From the IMG/VR virus record IMGVR_UViG_3300037751_000591, positions 1 to 64,000 of that record: a stretch of 64,000 nucleotides of DNA; one strand, written 5' to 3'. The notes beneath the pieces were generated by a model. The model saw only the letters and a program-made list of their open reading frames with translations, did no database searches and was not told the origin of the DNA. This document shows positions 58,164 through 64,000 of the stretch, piece after piece. Origin of the DNA: a virus. Lineage: Duplodnaviria; Caudoviricetes. The stretch's first letter is position 1, and each line of letters begins with the position of its first letter. Both the position numbers and the translations under genes were made by a program.

Positions 58164-59489
58164 ATGGTCGGCGTGCCTCATGATGTGGTGCACGGTCGCG
58201 AGTATGGCGACAAGTTGCTGAGCGTCCCCGTCGCGCTCGAATGGGATCGTACGGTCGGTGGCTTCAAGATTGTTACCAAGTCCGAGACTGCTTTTGCCGA
58301 GCGCGATGGCTTTGGTAGGTCTCGCGTCAGCAACCCCGAAACACTGTTCGATGGGCAATTCCGCTATGACGAGTCGCCGCTGCTCTGGCAGAGTCGATTG
58401 GATGGTGGCAGCGTCATGCATCTGCCCGCACAAGGGGCCGTGCGGCTGAGGGCGGCGGCCGACGAAGAGGCGCTTTATCAGACGAGGCGCTATTTTCCGT
58501 ATCAGGCCGGCAAGTCACAACTTGTCCAGATGACGGGCCTGTTTCCGACGCAGGCTGGCGCGACTGCCCGAGCCGGCTACTTTGATGATAACGACGGCAT
58601 TTACTTCCAAGTTGCCGATGGCGTCGCGGGTTTCGTTGTCCGTTCGAGCGTAAGCGGCGCGGTTGTGAACACACTTGTTCCACAGTCATCATGGAGCGAA
58701 GATGGGTTCGATGGCAGCGGCCCGAGCGGTCTCGTACTCGATCTGACGAAGGGGCAGAACATCGTTTTCGACATGCAGTGGCTTGGCATTGGCCGAGTCC
58801 GGTGCGGCTTTGACGACGGCGGCGTAAAGTATTACGTTCATGTGTTCGATTTCAGCAACAAGATTGCGCTACCGCCATACATGCTCACGGCTACACTACC
58901 GGTCCGGTACGAAGTGGTGGGCGCGACAGGCATGGCGGGCAACGCCGACTTGACTGCCGTTTGCTCAGCAGTTATGTCAGAGGGCGGTCTGCATTTGGTG
59001 CAGGGATTTCCATTCCATGCGCACAAACTTACCGCCACCACGGTTGACAATGATCCGATTGTTCCGCTGGTTTCTATCCGTCCGAAAGCCACATTTAACA
59101 GCTTGGTCAACCGAACTTGGATTGTGCCGAAGCGAGTAAGTGCGTTGAATGACGGGCAGGTGCCGGCGCATGTCTACATCATTTATGGGGGTGCACTGAC
59201 GAACCCTTCATGGGCGGACGTGAACGCGGAATCGGCTGTTGAGCGCGACATATCGGCGACGGCCATAGCGGGCGGTATTCATATCGACGGCATGTTCCTT
59301 CCCTCGGGCAATGGCAATCAAACACAGGGACTTGAGCAGGGCCTAATTGAAATATTGCCGCTGACGCTCGATGTAGACGGCGGTCATCCGACATCGCCGC
59401 TGACGGATGTTCTAACAATAGCGGCCTCGACCATGGAAGCACAGACTACGAGTGTGTTCGGAATGGTGAGTTGGAGCGAGTTGCGCTAG
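58164..59489 (+). CDS. probable virion beta-sandwich protein
   Basis: beta-rich sequence; QTRRYFPYQAGK and WLGIGRVRCG motifs; follows MCP. Confidence 0.55.
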   Translation: MVGVPHDVVHGREYGDKLLSVPVALEWDRTVGGFKIVTKSETAFAERDGFGRSRVSNPETLFDGQFRYDESPLLWQSRLDGGSVMHLPAQGAVRLRAAADEEALYQTRRYFPYQAGKSQLVQMTGLFPTQAGATARAGYFDDNDGIYFQVADGVAGFVVRSSVSGAVVNTLVPQSSWSEDGFDGSGPSGLVLDLTKGQNIVFDMQWLGIGRVRCGFDDGGVKYYVHVFDFSNKIALPPYMLTATLPVRYEVVGATGMAGNADLTAVCSAVMSEGGLHLVQGFPFHAHKLTATTVDNDPIVPLVSIRPKATFNSLVNRTWIVPKRVSALNDGQVPAHVYIIYGGALTNPSWADVNAESAVERDISATAIAGGIHIDGMFLPSGNGNQTQGLEQGLIEILPLTLDVDGGHPTSPLTDVLTIAASTMEAQTTSVFGMVSWSELR

Positions 59490-59524
59490 TTGTCTGCGGT
59501 TAGGCGATTTGCTAGAGTCGTGCC

Positions 59525-59800
59525 ATGATAGAACAAATGATGGTTACAAATGAACAGGGCCAAGTGGCGATGAAGTACATGCGCAAGAACCGCGTGCTCA
59601 TCACCTGTGGACCGGTTGAAGATCGCCGGCAGTATGTTTTTGACATGCGGGCCAATATCTGCATGGCATGGGTCAATGAAGAAGACGTGCCCTGCGCGCG
59701 GGCTGTCAAAGGCGGCTGCTGCGGTCAAAAGAAGCCGGGCGTGATTACTTTCGCGAACGAAGATGATGTCCGCCGCTGGACCAACGGTGGTGGTCGATAG
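59525..59800 (+). CDS. small Cys-containing protein
   Basis: GGCCG motif; in operon. Confidence 0.5.
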   Translation: MIEQMMVTNEQGQVAMKYMRKNRVLITCGPVEDRRQYVFDMRANICMAWVNEEDVPCARAVKGGCCGQKKPGVITFANEDDVRRWTNGGGR

Positions 59801-59809
59801 GAGGCTTAG

Positions 59810-60562
59810 ATGGATGCGACAGACCTGACCCGATCCGAGGTTATCAACGAGTTCGGCGAGCGAGTCGGCAGGCTGCTGATTGACGCCGGCTTTGCATCGC
59901 TCAGCGTCATCGAGCGGACGCCGGACGCCGATCTGCTGGCAATCTCGGGCTTTGGCGAGGCCAGCCTTCTCGCCGTGCGGGAAGTGGCTCCGTATTTGGG
60001 AGCACCCGAATCGGTCGAGGCAGAAACGGAGGCCGAGCCGAGCTACGCCGACAGGCTGAATGATCTTGGCGTCCCTTTTCCGCCGGGGGGGACATACAAT
60101 CAGGTGTATCCGGTCGAGGGAGCGGATTACGTCGAGGCCGTTACGCCCATGGGCCACTTTAGGCTGTATGTGAATGTGCCCCGCTCGCAATTCGCGTGGG
60201 AGCAGTTATCCGGGCCTGCCGGCGAGGCGCTATCGGAAACCGCAGCGCCGGAGGGTTTGCAGCAGTCGGTGCGAGTCAAGAGAATCGCCGAGGCCACTGG
60301 CTCAGTGATTTCTGAAACGCCAGCGGCTGATCTGGAGGCCGAGCCGGAAGCTGAGCCGGAGGCTGAGCCGGAGGCTGAGCCGGAAGCTGAGCCGGAAGCT
60401 GAGCCGGAGCCAGATGCTGAGCCTGAGGCCGAGCCGGAAGCTGAGCCGGAGGCTGAGCCGGAGGCTGAGCCGGAAGCTGAGCCGGAAGCTGAGCCGGAGC
60501 CAGATGCTGAGCCTGAGGCCGAGCCGGAAGCTGAGCCGGAGGCTGATGCCGACGAAGAATGA
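59810..60562 (+). CDS. HhH-domain protein with acidic (EAEP)n tail
   Basis: LLAISGFGEAS HhH motif; repeat tail. Confidence 0.65.
   Translation: MDATDLTRSEVINEFGERVGRLLIDAGFASLSVIERTPDADLLAISGFGEASLLAVREVAPYLGAPESVEAETEAEPSYADRLNDLGVPFPPGGTYNQVYPVEGADYVEAVTPMGHFRLYVNVPRSQFAWEQLSGPAGEALSETAAPEGLQQSVRVKRIAEATGSVISETPAADLEAEPEAEPEAEPEAEPEAEPEAEPEPDAEPEAEPEAEPEAEPEAEPEAEPEAEPEPDAEPEAEPEAEPEADADEE
60335..60546 (+). repeat. 12-nt tandem repeat with 90-nt higher-order period
   Basis: GA(A/G)GC(T/C)GAGCCG units; 90-nt blocks start at 60335, 60425, 60515. Confidence 0.95.
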
Positions 60563-61398
60563 TAGACCTTGACCGGGTTGCAGTAACGGGAGCCGAGGGC
60601 AGACTCGGCTCCCATCTTGTTAGCTTGGGTGCACACCCGCTCGACTGCGATATCTCTGAGAGCCACGAGGTTGAAGAGGCGCTCGATGCAGCGCGGCCAC
60701 TGGTCGTTATCAACTGCGCGGCCTACACTGCGGTAGACGATGCCGAATCGCCTGTCAATCATGAGCGGGCCATGCGTGCCAACATGACCGGACCGGGCAT
60801 CCTGCGCAGCATGTTCGACGGCTACCTGATTCACATGAGCACCGGCTTCGTCTTCGACGGTAGCAAGGGGCCATACTCCGAAGAAGACGAGCCTTCCCCC
60901 GTGAACTTCTATGGCATGACCAAGCTAGGCGGCGAGGCGGCGCTGTCTATCAGGCCGAGGTATCCGAGCGTCATTGTGCGTGTGCTCGATCTGTTCGGGC
61001 CGGGACCTTCGCCTGACTTTGTAAGCGCCGTAAGAGGCGTGCTAGAGTCTGGCGGAAGTAAGGCGCTGCCGGCCAATCTATTCGGGACGCCGACATACAT
61101 CCCCCATCTGGCCGAGGCGCTTGTGGCGATTATCGAGCGCGGGCACACCGGCACGCTGCACATAGGCGGCACCGCCAACCTGAGTCGCTACAAGTGGGGA
61201 CGCATGATTGCCGAGCACTTCGGTTTCGATCCCGAGCAAATCAAGCACACCGAGCGGATCACCGGATTGGCACCACGCCCCCTGAATGCCACGCTTGACG
61301 TGAGCAAGGCGCGCTCGCTTGGACTGCCGCTTTACGACCCGAAAGAAGGTCTCGAAGCGCTGGCGGAGTCCGAAGCGGCCAATGACCCCCTACCCTGA
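60559..61398 (+). CDS. rmlD: dTDP-4-dehydrorhamnose reductase-like SDR
   Basis: VTGAEGRLG, INCAAYTAVDDAE, STGFVFDG, YGMTKLGGE. Confidence 0.88.
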   Translation: MIDLDRVAVTGAEGRLGSHLVSLGAHPLDCDISESHEVEEALDAARPLVVINCAAYTAVDDAESPVNHERAMRANMTGPGILRSMFDGYLIHMSTGFVFDGSKGPYSEEDEPSPVNFYGMTKLGGEAALSIRPRYPSVIVRVLDLFGPGPSPDFVSAVRGVLESGGSKALPANLFGTPTYIPHLAEALVAIIERGHTGTLHIGGTANLSRYKWGRMIAEHFGFDPEQIKHTERITGLAPRPLNATLDVSKARSLGLPLYDPKEGLEALAESEAANDPLP

Positions 61399-62095
61399 GA
61401 TTTCCATTGTCGTTCTGACCTACAACCGTTTCGTGCTGATCGATCAGCGCCTGACCGAACTTAACAGGCTTCCGCTGGCAGTGAACGGGGCCGAAGTTGT
61501 CGTATTCGACAATGGTTCGAGCGACGGCACGATGCTCGTTCTGGCCTCGCACCGCCATCATTTCGCGCAGGTCGGCCATCGTCTTGCCGCCCACCGAACA
61601 GAGAAAAACCTTGGGTTTGCCGGCGGCTTCAATGAAGCTGCCAAGGCGGCCGAGGGGAATATCCTTGTGCTGCTGTCAAATGACGTTCGCATACTAGGCG
61701 ATTTCTTGCCGGCCATCCGCGAAGAACTGGCCGACCATACCGACCCACCGAAGCTGGTCGCGCATGAAGTAATCCGCGGCAACGCCGGTTGGAACCAGTT
61801 TGGCGAAACGAGCTTCCCTTGGCCGGCTGGCTACTTCCTCGCGCTGCGCAAGAGCACGTGGACAGCGCTTGGCGGATTTGACACCGCCTTTCACCCCAAC
61901 GATTACGAAGATGTCGACATAGGCTATCGGGCGCAGCAGGCGGGCATGCAGATTGTTGAGCGCCGCGACATGCCCATCGAGCATATGGTTGCGCAAACCG
62001 TCGGCTACTCCCCCGAGCGCTACGAACAGACAGTGCGCATGCGAGCGCTGTTCGCCGCCAAGCACGGCTTGGAGAACAGGCCGGAGAGACCATGA
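61382..62095 (+). CDS. GT2 glycosyltransferase
   Basis: SIVVLTYN, FDNGSSDGT, NLGFAGG, YEDVD. Confidence 0.9.
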   Translation: MTPYPEISIVVLTYNRFVLIDQRLTELNRLPLAVNGAEVVVFDNGSSDGTMLVLASHRHHFAQVGHRLAAHRTEKNLGFAGGFNEAAKAAEGNILVLLSNDVRILGDFLPAIREELADHTDPPKLVAHEVIRGNAGWNQFGETSFPWPAGYFLALRKSTWTALGGFDTAFHPNDYEDVDIGYRAQQAGMQIVERRDMPIEHMVAQTVGYSPERYEQTVRMRALFAAKHGLENRPERP

Positions 62096-62481
62096 CCGTT
62101 CTGCCCGCGATATCCGATTCGCTGATCCTGTTCTTCTGGCTCATGATCGGCCACGCCTTCGCCGACTTCCCGCTGCAGCCGCCATTCATGGCGCGCGGCA
62201 AGAACCGCAATGTACAGACCGACTACGATCCCGCGCTGCACGGTTCGAGCAAGGCTGTGATCTGGCCGTTCTTCCTGACCGGCCATGCGCTCATTCACGC
62301 CGGCTTTGTTGGCGTCATCACCGGGTCGACGGGATGGGCGCTGTTTGAACTCATCGCTCACTGGATCATCGACTTTGCCAAGACCAACAACTGGACCACG
62401 ATGTATGTCGATCAGGCACTGCACATGCTCACGAAGGCTTTGATCGTGTGGGTGATTTTCATTCTAAGGACCACGCCATGA
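62092..62481 (+). CDS. DUF3307 membrane protein
   Basis: HAFADFPLQ, HALIH, HWIIDFAK, DQALH. Confidence 0.85.
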   Translation: MTVLPAISDSLILFFWLMIGHAFADFPLQPPFMARGKNRNVQTDYDPALHGSSKAVIWPFFLTGHALIHAGFVGVITGSTGWALFELIAHWIIDFAKTNNWTTMYVDQALHMLTKALIVWVIFILRTTP

Positions 62482-62846
62482 TCCTGTTTCTTGACGACAG
62501 CGAGCAGCGCATTGAGTTGTTCAGGGCGTGCTTTCCATCGGCCATGATCGTCAACACAGCAGAGCAGGCTATCGAGCACTTGCGGGATGATGCCGTGGTC
62601 TGGTCGTCTGTCTGGCTGGACCACGACCTCGGCGGCACGACCTTTCAGGATAGCGATGATCGCGAGAGCGGTTACGAGGTTGTGCGCTGGATTCTTGCCA
62701 ACCGTCCGACCATCTTGGAAGTCTACGTGCACACGTGGAACCCGTCGGCCGGCGCGAACATGGTCATTGATTTGCAGGGGGCTGGCTACATCGTTCACCG
62801 CTGGCCGTTTGATCCCAACCTTCTATTTGCCGGAGTCGGAGAATGA
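62478..62846 (+). CDS. stand-alone receiver-like domain (cyclic-phosphate processing type)
   Basis: LFLDD, LDHDLG, SGYEV, HTWNP. Confidence 0.75.
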   Translation: MILFLDDSEQRIELFRACFPSAMIVNTAEQAIEHLRDDAVVWSSVWLDHDLGGTTFQDSDDRESGYEVVRWILANRPTILEVYVHTWNPSAGANMVIDLQGAGYIVHRWPFDPNLLFAGVGE

Positions 62847-63751
62847 AGATCGCGTTCACGATGATCCATTATCCGGTTGCCATGGGCCGCTACTTCTTGG
62901 AGGCGTTGCTGCGCCGAGAGGATGTCGAGCTTTGGACTGCCGGCCCATTCACGGGTCGCTGGATTCCGTGGGCGGGCGGGATGCATTTGCCAGAGTCGTA
63001 TGTGCGCGCGCCGGATTTCGCGTTGCCGTTCGGCGGCGGAACGCCATCGCTGCCTTACGAGATCGTCGAGAATCGCTGCCCCTTCAAGCCGGACCTGTGG
63101 TTGGAGGTCAACGCCGGCATGTCGCCGACTGGCCGGCCAAGCGGTCTCTACGCGGTTGTCGGTACTGACCCGCATGTGCTCAACTATGACCGAGTCCGAC
63201 GCGGGGCCGATTACTTCTTTTGCATGCAGCGTCCTTACGCCAAGCCGGGCGACCACTGGCTGCCTTACGCGTACGACCCCGTTTACCATTCGCCGTCACC
63301 GAAAAAGGTTGGCGAGCGCAAACACGACGCGGCCCTGATCGGGCTGCCCTATGAGCAACGCACGAAACTTGTTCAGGCATTGCGCGCTCAGGGGCGCGAC
63401 GTTTTCTACGAACTCGGGCCGGCCTACGGGGATGCCCGTGATGTCTACCACGACACGAAAGTTGGGCTGAACTGGTCGAGCTTGCAGGACACGACGGCCC
63501 GCTGCTTTGAATTGATGGCAATGGCGACCGTGCCCGTGCTCAATCGGGTGCCCGATTTGATGTCTATGTTCAAGGACGGCGAAGACTTCCTCGGCTTCGA
63601 CACGATGGATGAGGCCGTGGCCCACGTTACATGGGCGATTGAAAATCCCGAAGACGCCGAGCAGCTTGGTCGACAGGCAATGAATGCAGTTAATGAGCAC
63701 ACATGGGCGCATCGAGTCGATGCCATCTTGCAGACAACCGGCGTGGTCTGA
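62843..63751 (+). CDS. GT-B glycosyltransferase (CgeB / Glyco_trans_1_2-like)
   Basis: WLPYAYDP, KVGLN, RCFELMA, HTWAHRV. Confidence 0.85.
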   Translation: MKIAFTMIHYPVAMGRYFLEALLRREDVELWTAGPFTGRWIPWAGGMHLPESYVRAPDFALPFGGGTPSLPYEIVENRCPFKPDLWLEVNAGMSPTGRPSGLYAVVGTDPHVLNYDRVRRGADYFFCMQRPYAKPGDHWLPYAYDPVYHSPSPKKVGERKHDAALIGLPYEQRTKLVQALRAQGRDVFYELGPAYGDARDVYHDTKVGLNWSSLQDTTARCFELMAMATVPVLNRVPDLMSMFKDGEDFLGFDTMDEAVAHVTWAIENPEDAEQLGRQAMNAVNEHTWAHRVDAILQTTGVV

Positions 63752-64000
63752 TGGGTTTGGAATCCGGCCTCACGTTTGACCGGAAGGCGATTGCGTTCAG
63801 CGCCATGATCGCCTACATGGATTTCCAAACGCAGGCCGAGACCCATCACGCTCGCTTCGGCAAGTTGACGACACGGCTGATGGAACAGACCAACGACGCC
63901 CTCAACTTGCTCAACGAGAACCGGGCGCAGTTGGCCTCGATGCACCTGCTTGGTCCGCTGGCCGAGGCCTTCCGGCAGCAGTCGCTGGCAATCGAAGGGC
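63751..64000 (+). CDS. hypothetical protein (truncated by window end)
   Basis: TGATG-coupled ATG; MGLESGLTFDRK... open to the end. Confidence 0.5.
   Translation, partial: MGLESGLTFDRKAIAFSAMIAYMDFQTQAETHHARFGKLTTRLMEQTNDALNLLNENRAQLASMHLLGPLAEAFRQQSLAIEG

Noticed and set aside
60127-60834. Minus-strand (SGSA)n and (PAQL)n ORFs
   Set aside because: Antisense shadows of the EAEP repeat
1-64000. Prophage boundaries or host chromosomal genes (gmd, rmlD, glycosyltransferases)
   Set aside because: These genes are interleaved with phage genes and often translationally coupled to them; no att site, integrase or housekeeping synteny was seen

Overview
GC-rich tailed-phage (Caudoviricetes) genome segment; no integrase, DNA polymerase, tRNA or CRISPR array was seen. 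The host is possibly Chloroflexota (weak inference from a Pro/Thr-linked sortase-like gene). Positions 1-17.4 kb form a minus-strand arm of small early or accessory genes. It carries two tandem DNA methyltransferases, a beta-clamp-like protein, a SpoU methylase, an ATP-grasp protein and DUF2958, and is driven by five near-consensus sigma70 promoters. Positions 17.7-64 kb are on the plus strand. The first part holds gmd, a sortase-like gene with its candidate substrate, a HAD phosphatase, an MmcB-like nuclease, a putative lysin and a third methyltransferase. The head module follows: TerS, TerL with a class-3 LAGLIDADG intein, a portal-MuF fusion, a ChaB/DUF6582 protein, protease-scaffold and major capsid protein. 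Glycan-synthesis genes end the window. The main finding is a ~15 kb block (38.0-53.2 kb) between portal and protease. There, a 2906-aa polyprotein and five further ORFs are built from effector-like domains: three ADP-ribosyltransferase-like, zincins, a 2H phosphoesterase, a zeta-like kinase, a SAM-lyase-like domain, a GNAT and two JAB domains. These are punctuated by 15 copies of two ~20-aa Gly/His tags, each starting right after an Arg. I infer a protease-processed, capsid-loaded cargo system. All family calls come from motif recognition by eye, not database searches.
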